In this document: piece by piece, positions 19,283 through 27,209 of the stretch | Layout: each line of letters begins with the position of its first letter | Position numbering within the stretch: the first letter of the stretch is position 1 | IMG/VR virus record: IMGVR_UViG_3300032291_003671 | From: an uncultured virus (IMG/VR IMGVR_UViG_3300032291_003671) | Lineage: Duplodnaviria; Heunggongvirae; Uroviricota; Caudoviricetes | Direction: 5' to 3' (one strand) | DNA length: 56,737 nt | Made by a program: the position numbers and the translations under genes | Notes under the pieces: generated by a model | What the model saw: only the letters and a program-made list of their open reading frames with translations | Told to the model about the DNA's origin: nothing | Database searches by the model: none

Positions 19283-19885
19283 TTAAATTGGGGATTCTTT
19301 TGTTTTCTTTCTACTTGCAAGTACTTTACCCCATTTGGATTTGAACTTTTGGTAGAATTGTTGTAGTTTATTAATTGTATCTAAAAATTCTTCGTCGACT
19401 TTAGTCATTGTTCCTGTGATATAAATACCACTATTTTCTCCGATAGTTAATGTAAACTCAAGGTCATCATCAATAATTTTTCCTGACCATTCAACATTAT
19501 TTGAATAAACATTTAATGTATTGAAGTCAGCCAAATCAGATACCTCTTCAACAAACTCATCCATTGTTTCTTGGAATGCAATTTTTTCGTCTGTAGTAAT
19601 ATCTAACTCACTTCTGTCTTTACCATGTAATGCCATAACACCACCAGAGATTCTGTATTTTTGAGTCTTATCGTTTTGTGTAGGTTCTTTACCTTCTTCA
19701 GCATCGGTTTGAGCTGTTTCGTAATCAACATCTTGCTCAATTCTATCTTCAACATCGGCCGCAACATTATATTGTGTACCTGCTTGTTCAGTTAACATTC
19801 TTGATTTTTTTAATAGAGACTTCATTTCGTCATATCTATCATTGTGTAAATTGCTCATATTGTATTTTTTTTGTAAAATTTTCAA
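19283..19885 (-). CDS. Acidic hypothetical protein (start may be MSNLH)
   Basis: 200-aa ORF. Confidence 0.75.
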   Translation of the reverse strand: MKILQKKYNMSNLHNDRYDEMKSLLKKSRMLTEQAGTQYNVAADVEDRIEQDVDYETAQTDAEEGKEPTQNDKTQKYRISGGVMALHGKDRSELDITTDEKIAFQETMDEFVEEVSDLADFNTLNVYSNNVEWSGKIIDDDLEFTLTIGENSGIYITGTMTKVDEEFLDTINKLQQFYQKFKSKWGKVLASRKKTKESPI

Positions 19886-20447
19886 AGTTAAATGATGGAT
19901 TCAAATCCGTAAATCTTGTATCAAAATTACTTCTTGTTACAATTCCTTCGTAATTTACAACACCATCAACTTTGGTATTGTGCCCAACACATTGTTTTCT
20001 AATATTAAGTGTTTCAATTAAATGGGAACATAAATCGGCAGTAGTTTCTATCTGACTTGTTAAATATGGGTCCCAAAAAAAAAAATCTCTCCACTTCTTT
20101 TCGTAAACTTGTTGATTATAAATACTTCCTTTCCAGTTAATATAATAATTGGTCAAAGGTTTCTTTTCCAACCATCCCAAGTTTTCCAAACATATAATAA
20201 TAGCATTCCTATTTATATTATCTTCATCAAAAAAATTTGTGTGACTTGTTTCAGGAAGTAATTGAAGTACTTCACTTTTTTTGGTAATGATATAGTTAGG
20301 TATCTTATCGTACCTTGAGTTGTATCTAAAGTTAAGGGAGGTCAGGTATTCCCCAATCTCCCTTGATGTATGACACAATATTATTTGCTTTTTCTTTTTT
20401 TGTTTACCTGTCGCTTTGAAATCTCCGTATTTCTCAATTTTGACCAT
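19839..20447 (-). CDS. N-acetylmuramoyl-L-alanine amidase (Amidase_2-like), possible endolysin
   Basis: IILCHT, PNYII, AIIICLEN, VGH, TDLNPSF pattern; partly degenerate. Confidence 0.6.
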   Translation of the reverse strand: MVKIEKYGDFKATGKQKKKKQIILCHTSREIGEYLTSLNFRYNSRYDKIPNYIITKKSEVLQLLPETSHTNFFDEDNINRNAIIICLENLGWLEKKPLTNYYINWKGSIYNQQVYEKKWRDFFFWDPYLTSQIETTADLCSHLIETLNIRKQCVGHNTKVDGVVNYEGIVTRSNFDTRFTDLNPSFNFENFTKKIQYEQFTQ

Positions 20448-21180
20448 CTCTTTTTGTGTAACTAAGTCTTTTTATTTGAGGTTCATTTATCTCAACTTCG
20501 TTAAGATTAGAATCATCAGGACCGTTAGTCCCTATAGGACCTTCAAGAACTCCAAACTTTTGTTCGTTTAATCTTTTAAGTTCTTCTTCAAGTCTTGCCA
20601 AATCTTCATCTGTAGGAGTATACTTTTCTTTTTCAAGTTCCGCCTCTTGTTTTCCAGCTTCAATACTTAATTCATCAATATTAATATTCTGTTGAACAAT
20701 TTGACTATTCTCTTCTTTACCTTCTTCTTCAAACTTAACTAACATATGTAAAAAAGACAGAGAAATTAACGGCAACATTCCACCTGAGAATAAAGCCAAG
20801 AATCTTTTATGACCTATTGGGTCTCCTTCTTCTACACCTAAGAAACTAACCACGGGATTAACCATATCCACCCAATCTTTAAATGTCTCTGAAGTAACAT
20901 CAATATATTGATATGCAAAAAATATGTTGCCAATGAATTGAATTAAGGTTACAATACCAAATGGGAAATAAACTGTTTTACCCATCTTTGCCGATATCGC
21001 AGCAAGTGACGCAAGTGCCGCAATCTCAATACCTATGGACAAATAGATTGCCCAACTAAAAGGGTTTGATAATCCATACCAAGTTGTTACGTGAGAAATT
21101 GAAACTCCCGCAACAGTTAAGATTGGTACCAAAAATGCAATATAAATTATTGTTTTAAAGTTCTTTTGAAACCAATTCAT
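20434..21180 (-). CDS. Four-TM membrane protein with acidic tail
   Basis: Four hydrophobic segments in the first 150 aa. Confidence 0.8.
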   Translation of the reverse strand: MNWFQKNFKTIIYIAFLVPILTVAGVSISHVTTWYGLSNPFSWAIYLSIGIEIAALASLAAISAKMGKTVYFPFGIVTLIQFIGNIFFAYQYIDVTSETFKDWVDMVNPVVSFLGVEEGDPIGHKRFLALFSGGMLPLISLSFLHMLVKFEEEGKEENSQIVQQNINIDELSIEAGKQEAELEKEKYTPTDEDLARLEEELKRLNEQKFGVLEGPIGTNGPDDSNLNEVEINEPQIKRLSYTKRDGQN

Positions 21181-21181
21181 T

Positions 21182-21463
21182 CTATTTGTTTTTTAACTTT
21201 TTTATCTCTTCTTCAATCTCAGTTTGTCTTTGAACGTCTAATAGTTTTCGGTCTGTTGCTTGAATCATTCTTTTTTCGGATTCTAATCCCATAATCTTTA
21301 ATTCTGCGTTTAACTCTTGTTTTGTGTAAGTTGAGTCTTTAATAGCTTCTACTTCTTTTCTAAGTTTAGATAATTCTCTACCATCACCACATCCTTTAAG
21401 TAACCCTAAAACCGCAATTACCAACGCAATAATAGTAAAATGTTTTTCTATAAAGTTTTTCAT
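21182..21463 (-). CDS. Putative lipoprotein or membrane-anchored coiled-coil protein
   Basis: Hydrophobic N-terminus ending LLKG|C, then coiled coil. Confidence 0.65.
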   Translation of the reverse strand: MKNFIEKHFTIIALVIAVLGLLKGCGDGRELSKLRKEVEAIKDSTYTKQELNAELKIMGLESEKRMIQATDRKLLDVQRQTEIEEEIKKLKNK

Positions 21464-21531
21464 GTTTTTTGTTTTTTTATTTTATCCCTAATATAAAGGG
21501 CGTACTTAATAAATACACCCTTCAACTTCTT

Positions 21532-22329
21532 TTACATATAATCAAATAAAATACCTGTCTCGTTTCGTAGTTTTCGTAGAGCCTTTTCTTTGATTTGACG
21601 AACCCTTTCTTTGGTTAGTTGGAAGTCATTTCCAATGTCCTCAAGTGTTCTAGTTGAACCAGATAACCCAAAATAGTCTTCAATGATAACTTTCTCACGT
21701 TCATCTAAAATATCCAACATACTCAATAATCTTTGCTTAATATTTTCTTCTTCATTTAATCCAGCATCGGCAAGTTCAGCGTTTGGATTGTTTAATATAT
21801 CCAACAAAGTATCACCCTCATCATTCAATGGGTTATCTAAATTGATAGTATAGGGTAAATTATTAAACTTGTCAGGTAATGCAACACCTGCAGCATCCAA
21901 TTCTTTTTTAGCACGATGTAGTTCTTGAACCACATTAACTGGTAGACGGATAGTTCTTGCATTCTCATTTAAAGATTGCAAGATAGATTGACGAATCCAC
22001 CACACGGCATAAGATATAAATCTTAACCTCTTGGACCAATCAAAGTTTTCGATAGCCTTCATAAGACCATAGTTTCCTTCAGCAATCAAATCAGGTAAAT
22101 CAAGTCCTTGATTCTGATATTGTTTACTAACGGTAATGACAAAGCGAAGGTTTCCCTCCAATAGTTCCTTTTGGATTTCTTTTGTTTCTTCCTCGGTAAT
22201 GAACCCCGATAACATTCTCTCAGCTAACTCTCTCTCCCTTTCAGGAGTCATAACTTTCAGCCTTCTAATGTCTTTTAAATAATGACTTATTTCTTCTTGA
22301 TTAATAGGTATTGACGATTTTTCTTTCAT
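21532..22329 (-). CDS. Phage RNA polymerase sigma70-family factor (RpoD-like, no region 1.1)
   Basis: Region 1.2 YLKDI; region 2 NLRFVITVSKQY...FISYAVWWIRQSI; region 4 TLEDIG...TKERVRQI. Confidence 0.95.
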   Translation of the reverse strand: MKEKSSIPINQEEISHYLKDIRRLKVMTPERERELAERMLSGFITEEETKEIQKELLEGNLRFVITVSKQYQNQGLDLPDLIAEGNYGLMKAIENFDWSKRLRFISYAVWWIRQSILQSLNENARTIRLPVNVVQELHRAKKELDAAGVALPDKFNNLPYTINLDNPLNDEGDTLLDILNNPNAELADAGLNEEENIKQRLLSMLDILDEREKVIIEDYFGLSGSTRTLEDIGNDFQLTKERVRQIKEKALRKLRNETGILFDYM

Positions 22330-22341
22330 ATTCTTATTTTA

Positions 22342-22863
22342 TTATTTGCTATAGTTTTCCAGTACACCTTTTTCAAACGCAGTTAATGAATCAACTCCCG
22401 CTTCTTTAATCTTATCTAATAGTTGGTCTAATGTTGGTTTCTTTACTTTTTTCTTAATCTCCTCCAAAAGTAATGCCACAAATTCATCATCATCTTCACT
22501 TGTGGTCAATTCATCCATAATTTCATTCAAATCTAACTCCAGAATTTCTATACCTTCAGTTGTATCCTCCAAATTATATAAATGTTCCTTTGCACCATCA
22601 GGTAATTTAACTGACACTTTGTCATTAAACTCTGTTAGAATGAATGCATTAGAAAATTTTTCCAAAGCAAAATCCAAGAAATCATAAATTTCTGTTTGTT
22701 CCAATATGGTTCCAAAATGAAATAACACAGTTCCTCTTGAGTATTGGAACTTAAGTTGAGGTGAATCTACAATAGGTGTAATAATAACCGCCATTTCTTG
22801 GCAAGTCTTTTCGTCTTTGAAGTCCCCAAAAACGGTCAAAAAATATCTTTTCATATCATTCAT
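22342..22863 (-). CDS. Hypothetical protein with DUF6576-like C-terminal motif
   Basis: LDQLLDKIKEAGVDSLTAFEK tail. Confidence 0.75.
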   Translation of the reverse strand: MNDMKRYFLTVFGDFKDEKTCQEMAVIITPIVDSPQLKFQYSRGTVLFHFGTILEQTEIYDFLDFALEKFSNAFILTEFNDKVSVKLPDGAKEHLYNLEDTTEGIEILELDLNEIMDELTTSEDDDEFVALLLEEIKKKVKKPTLDQLLDKIKEAGVDSLTAFEKGVLENYSK

Positions 22864-22891
22864 AAAACAAAGTTATTTAAAATAAGTGGAT

Positions 22892-23215
22892 TTAAAAATT
22901 ATTTTTTTCCAATTCAATATAGGCAATAATTTCCCTTGTTAAAGAACCAGCTGTTTTAGTACCATCAAGACTCCAACCTATAATAGCATTCTCAACATTT
23001 TGATATAATGAAAGTCCACCTGATATTGATAAATCTTCCAAACATTGTTCATACCCATCAATGAAACCATTACACTCATCTGAAGTATGTTTTTCTTTAA
23101 TATATTTGGTTAAAGACTCACTTAATTTATAAGACTCTTCTTTTGGACCACACTCACAATAAGCATTGGCTCCACACGCACATTTTGTTTCTTCTTTATC
23201 TAAGTTTTCCATCAT
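22892..23215 (-). CDS. Hypothetical protein
   Basis: 107-aa ORF with CAC...CEC. Confidence 0.65.
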   Translation of the reverse strand: MMENLDKEETKCACGANAYCECGPKEESYKLSESLTKYIKEKHTSDECNGFIDGYEQCLEDLSISGGLSLYQNVENAIIGWSLDGTKTAGSLTREIIAYIELEKNNF

Positions 23216-23235
23216 CTTGTTTTTATTTCACTATA

Positions 23236-23421
23236 TTATTCATCATAGTGTTTAATTATTTTTACATCCGTTACTCCTCTCTCAATCAGATGAGTCCTTG
23301 CCTCATCCATACCATTATGAGACTTATATGGGTAAGTTGGGTTATATCCACCTTCTCTCTTATATAGATGAATTGATTCACTACAACTAAAAGTTATGTA
23401 TCTAATATCTTTATTCTCCAT
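23236..23421 (-). CDS. Hypothetical protein
   Basis: 61-aa ORF in operon context. Confidence 0.55.
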   Translation of the reverse strand: MENKDIRYITFSCSESIHLYKREGGYNPTYPYKSHNGMDEARTHLIERGVTDVKIIKHYDE

Positions 23422-23427
23422 TGTCTT

Positions 23428-23904
23428 TTATTTGAAATATACTCTACCCTTTTCTCCTGTATGTTGTTCATACCACTTACCATCTTTATCCAACCAAACA
23501 TATGGATTAGATGGGTCTTCACTCCATCTATACTGTGAATAAAACTCAGGTTCTTTCTTCAACAAGTTAGCCCGATGTGATGAGTGAAACTTCTCATTAC
23601 CAAACCACTCAGGCATATTAACCTCTCCATAAATATCTTCAAAGTCCATCGTGTTTTTGAACCCTCGTGCCACCCACTCCTCAATTGCACAGTTAAGATA
23701 CATCTTTAACGCAGGAACATTATTCCTCCACATCACCGTACAAGGATGGTTCAACCAACCCTTATATGGTGTGCCATCTAACTTAGGTCTACGAGTAATC
23801 GCAGATATAATCTGATAAGTCTCAACTCGCTGTTTGCCTAGCCTCTTATTGTCTAATGCCTTGAGTGATTGTCTAAAGTTGGGGTATGGTAGGAATATTT
23901 GCAT
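23428..23904 (-). CDS. Pyrimidine-dimer DNA glycosylase family protein (DenV / MSMEG_6728-like)
   Basis: MQIFLPY, LDNKRLGKQRVE, HP..MW, EWVARG, HSSHRANLL. Confidence 0.88.
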   Translation of the reverse strand: MQIFLPYPNFRQSLKALDNKRLGKQRVETYQIISAITRRPKLDGTPYKGWLNHPCTVMWRNNVPALKMYLNCAIEEWVARGFKNTMDFEDIYGEVNMPEWFGNEKFHSSHRANLLKKEPEFYSQYRWSEDPSNPYVWLDKDGKWYEQHTGEKGRVYFK

Positions 23905-23908
23905 AACA

Positions 23909-23939
23909 CAAAGATAATCAAATTTTTCTAATAAACAAA
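23909..23939 (-). promoter_or_regulatory. Bacteroidota-type promoter TTTG-N19-TATCTTTG, 4 nt before ATG
   Basis: Consensus match. Confidence 0.7.
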
Positions 23940-23968
23940 AAACCCCACTAAAGTGTGGGGTTATTTTT
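23937..23968. terminator. Intrinsic terminator
   Basis: AACCCCAC-taaagt-GTGGGGTT with flanking A/T runs. Confidence 0.7.
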
Positions 23969-24052
23969 ATCTTTTTGATTAAATTCTATTAAAAAAACTG
24001 TAAGGTATATTACCATAATAATGATACCGACCAATGCTACAATTTCATCCAT
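23948..24052 (-). CDS. Small single-TM protein (34 aa)
   Basis: MDEIVALVGIIIMVIYLTVFLIEFNQKDKNNPTL*; overlaps the upstream stop. Confidence 0.4.
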   Translation of the reverse strand: MDEIVALVGIIIMVIYLTVFLIEFNQKDKNNPTL

Positions 24053-24321
24053 CTTTTATGTTTATTTAAAATAAATTGTTTTAATTTTTGTGTATCAAAT
24101 ATCATAACAACTTTACCGTTCTTCATATAAATACTGTCAGGTAACGGTAATTGAATTCCTCTATATTCTCGAGGTCCTTGAAATCTATCAGGTCTTAGTC
24201 CAAAATATGGTTGTACCTGATTTTGTGGAAAGAAACGATTAGGTCTTCCAACTTCAATAGACTGTGATAAAGCTACAAAGGATGTAATCATCAACGTTGC
24301 AGTAATTAATAAATTTTTCAT
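24037..24321 (-). CDS. Small exported protein
   Basis: Signal peptide ending VALS|Q. Confidence 0.65.
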   Translation of the reverse strand: MKNLLITATLMITSFVALSQSIEVGRPNRFFPQNQVQPYFGLRPDRFQGPREYRGIQLPLPDSIYMKNGKVVMIFDTQKLKQFILNKHKRWMKL

Positions 24322-24429
24322 AATGTTTTTGTTTTGTTACCAATAACTATTCTTTGAAAATTCTATTGTATTAAAATGATAATATAATGAGACGACTACC
24401 AAATTTATTGAGATGAACTGATTGATTGT

Positions 24430-25035
24430 TTAATTTATCAAATTATTGATTTCTTCTTCAAAGGTATACAATCTTTGCATTCTATCCAAAATTCTTGGCT
24501 TATTATCCCAACATAATTCTTTGTCAGTCAAAGTAATAAGATGTTTAATTCGGTCTTCCAATACAATTCGAGCAGGTGCTTTATCTCGGTAATAACCAAC
24601 TCTAGTTTTAATGGCCAACTTTTCAACCGTCTTTTTTGGAATCCCACTCTCAACTGCATAATTGATTAACTTAACCAACTCCTCGTAGTATGGATATTTT
24701 TTGTTTTGTAAGTTTCCAACATATTCATTTGAAAATTCAATCAAGTTGAAATCTTTAGTCAACTCATTAAATTTTCTTTCTGTCACTTTGCTCCAAACAA
24801 AAGTCTCAATATGTTGTGTTTGAATTATATATTTTTTTAACGACTTTCTAAGTTTAGTCTCCGCATCTCGAGCCTCAGTATAACTATCAAAAATAAAGAC
24901 CTTTTCAAAGTGAATTGGTCTTAAATGTTCGGTTGTATTATAGTTAATCAAACGGATATTAGCATTTGCAGCAATTCCAAATTTTTTGAAATCGTTCACT
25001 CCGTCTGTTGCAAGATATAGATATGCTTTTGTCAT
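24430..25035 (-). CDS. T5orf172 / GIY-YIG-like nuclease domain protein
   Basis: YLYL...KKFGIA...RL..YN...AE..L...ETF; TATCTTTG-N4-ATG. Confidence 0.65.
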   Translation of the reverse strand: MTKAYLYLATDGVNDFKKFGIAANANIRLINYNTTEHLRPIHFEKVFIFDSYTEARDAETKLRKSLKKYIIQTQHIETFVWSKVTERKFNELTKDFNLIEFSNEYVGNLQNKKYPYYEELVKLINYAVESGIPKKTVEKLAIKTRVGYYRDKAPARIVLEDRIKHLITLTDKELCWDNKPRILDRMQRLYTFEEEINNLIN

Positions 25036-25051
25036 AACACAAAGATACTAA

Positions 25052-25441
25052 TTATTTTAGTTCTTCAGAAAATTTTGAGGAATATTTTACAGATTCCGCA
25101 ATCTTAATTATATGAGTCTTTATTAATTCACTAGACATAGAGGTATGTATAAACACGCCTGGAATTACCTCTTTAATTGAGGATTTCTTTTGAATGTATG
25201 AAGGCTTAAATTTATCTCTTGAAGTTTTTAACGTTTGCCCAAAAGATTTAATTACCCTTTCATTAATGGGACCGTACTTTTCAGTTAAAACATCCTTAAC
25301 AAACATGACATAACTTTTAGTTAAGTCATCCTCATTATAGACTATTTCTTTTTTTGATTTACTATCAGGTACTAACTTAAATTGCCATGTACCTTGGTTA
25401 CCTTGTGTTTTGTCAATTAACTTGATTAATTCTTTATTCAT
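25052..25441 (-). CDS. Hypothetical protein
   Basis: 129-aa ORF. Confidence 0.7.
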   Translation of the reverse strand: MNKELIKLIDKTQGNQGTWQFKLVPDSKSKKEIVYNEDDLTKSYVMFVKDVLTEKYGPINERVIKSFGQTLKTSRDKFKPSYIQKKSSIKEVIPGVFIHTSMSSELIKTHIIKIAESVKYSSKFSEELK

Positions 25442-25526
25442 GTCTTTTTCTGTTTTAATTTTTGTTTTATAAACATAAGATAAATTATTTTCTCCATCAA
25501 GTTTTTCGCCAAAATATTTTCTACAT

Positions 25527-25555
25527 AAAAAAACCCCACTTTATGGGTGGGGTTT
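25527..25555 (-). terminator. Intrinsic terminator
   Basis: AAACCCCAC-tttatgg-GTGGGGTTT with T-run on the minus strand. Confidence 0.7.
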
Positions 25556-25560
25556 AAATT

Positions 25561-25875
25561 TTAAGGTACATATATCTCACATCCTTCGGGTAAATGAGGA
25601 TTATAACTATTTAAAAACCAATCTTTTAATATTCTTCTTTTATATTTGAAATTTGGAAACCATGTTGCAAACTCCTCCAAAAATTTTTGACCAAAATTTC
25701 CTTTATGTCGTCTACTTTGTATCCAAGTCTCTAAAAAAAGAGTATTACCTAAATAGTATTTTTTATAAGTTTTATTATATTGTGATTCTTCAATTATCAA
25801 CTCACATCCGTTGAATTTTGTTTCCAAAAAATCTAATATTATTTCTTTTCTTCTTTCATCACGTTTTTTTTTCAT
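25561..25875 (-). CDS. Hypothetical protein
   Basis: 104-aa ORF. Confidence 0.65.
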   Translation of the reverse strand: MKKKRDERRKEIILDFLETKFNGCELIIEESQYNKTYKKYYLGNTLFLETWIQSRRHKGNFGQKFLEEFATWFPNFKYKRRILKDWFLNSYNPHLPEGCEIYVP

Positions 25876-26830
25876 TTATTGATTTTTTTCTATTAGCATC
25901 GCCTATCTTTCTTTTAGTCTCTTCAGACAATAGGGTTCTTTTTCGGTTTTTTGCAGCAATACTTAATTTTATTCGGTGTTCGTCAGAAAGTTTTTTACCT
26001 TTCTGAGCGTCACTTATCTTTTTTTTAGTTTCTTCAGAAGTAGGACCTGTTCTAAAACTTTTGTGACCCATTAATGTTTGACTAATTTTCAACTTTGTTT
26101 CTTCTTTACATGGTCTACCTGTTTGAAGAGCAGTTACTGATTTACTAATTTTATCTTTAGTTTCCTGTGACATAGGTGGTCTTTGTTTTGCCTTCTCACT
26201 CAATAGTTTTCTTGTTTTTTCATTTCTTTTTTTACCAAGATTAGATTTAACTAACGCTTCTATTGTTTTAGGATTTGCTGGTTTACCTTTTTTTGCTTTA
26301 GATAAATTAATCTTAGCTTCTTCGGTCGCCTTTCTTCCTTTTTGAAGTCCAGGATTTTCTTCATAGTATTTTTTTAATCCTTCGGTCACTTTTAACTTTG
26401 TTTCATCCGAAAGAATTTTTCCTTTTTGACTTTCAGATATTTTTTTAGCAACTTCAGGTCTTTTAGATGGTGCATTCTTACCACTAACTAATAAGGATTG
26501 TGTAGTCCTTATTTCATGATATTCTCTATGCGTAAGACGAACTTCAATACGAGAATTGGTTTTTGCACTCATTTTGGTCATAGTATGATACGCCCAAAAA
26601 AACCCTTTAATTTCAGGGTTCATATACCATAAGAGTTTATGAATTAACACATGCTCTTTGGGTGTAAGAACAACTAAATTAGGATGTGTTTTCCACTCAT
26701 GTTTTTTTCCTTCTCCCCCTGCACACCTTGGTAAAATATGATGGACCTCATAATAAACTCCAGAACGTATTTTCCTATCTTCAGATTTAGCCCTGAAGAT
26801 TATATTATCATGTATTTTTTGAAGATTCAT
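25859..26830 (-). CDS. Free-standing HNH homing endonuclease with NUMOD3 repeats
   Basis: EVHHILPRC..GG...NLVVLTPKEH..IH, then many S(E/D)ETKxKIS-type repeats. Confidence 0.9.
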   Translation of the reverse strand: MNLQKIHDNIIFRAKSEDRKIRSGVYYEVHHILPRCAGGEGKKHEWKTHPNLVVLTPKEHVLIHKLLWYMNPEIKGFFWAYHTMTKMSAKTNSRIEVRLTHREYHEIRTTQSLLVSGKNAPSKRPEVAKKISESQKGKILSDETKLKVTEGLKKYYEENPGLQKGRKATEEAKINLSKAKKGKPANPKTIEALVKSNLGKKRNEKTRKLLSEKAKQRPPMSQETKDKISKSVTALQTGRPCKEETKLKISQTLMGHKSFRTGPTSEETKKKISDAQKGKKLSDEHRIKLSIAAKNRKRTLLSEETKRKIGDANRKKSINEKKT

Positions 26831-26854
26831 ATAACAAATATACTACATTTATTT

Positions 26855-27076
26855 TTACCATGGGTATAATTTATGAAACATTTCTTTGTCAAACCATTCT
26901 TTATCTAACTTTTCCTTTAATTCGTAATATTCATATATTGATTGTTGATTACCATTATTAATATGGTCATTTAATAAAACCCATTCTTCATAGTTCATTT
27001 CTCGAGGGATTTCTTGAGTTTCAGTAATTTGTTTAGTATTTTCATACGTTTCTAAAATAGCTTCTAGTGTAGTCAT
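26855..27076 (-). CDS. Hypothetical protein
   Basis: 73-aa ORF. Confidence 0.6.
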   Translation of the reverse strand: MTTLEAILETYENTKQITETQEIPREMNYEEWVLLNDHINNGNQQSIYEYYELKEKLDKEWFDKEMFHKLYPW

Positions 27077-27176
27077 AATTGTTTTGTTAATTTTTATAGG
27101 GTTTCCTACTAAGATATATAAATTTTTAATGATGTTACCATTTTTTTTCGAAAATAAAAAATATTTTTCAAATCAC

Positions 27177-27209
27177 AAAAAAAAAGTCCCACATTATTGT
27201 GAGACTTTT
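27177..27209 (-). terminator. Intrinsic terminator over the sbcC stop
   Basis: AAAAGTCTCAC-aataat-GTGGGACTTTTTTT on the minus strand. Confidence 0.7.
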
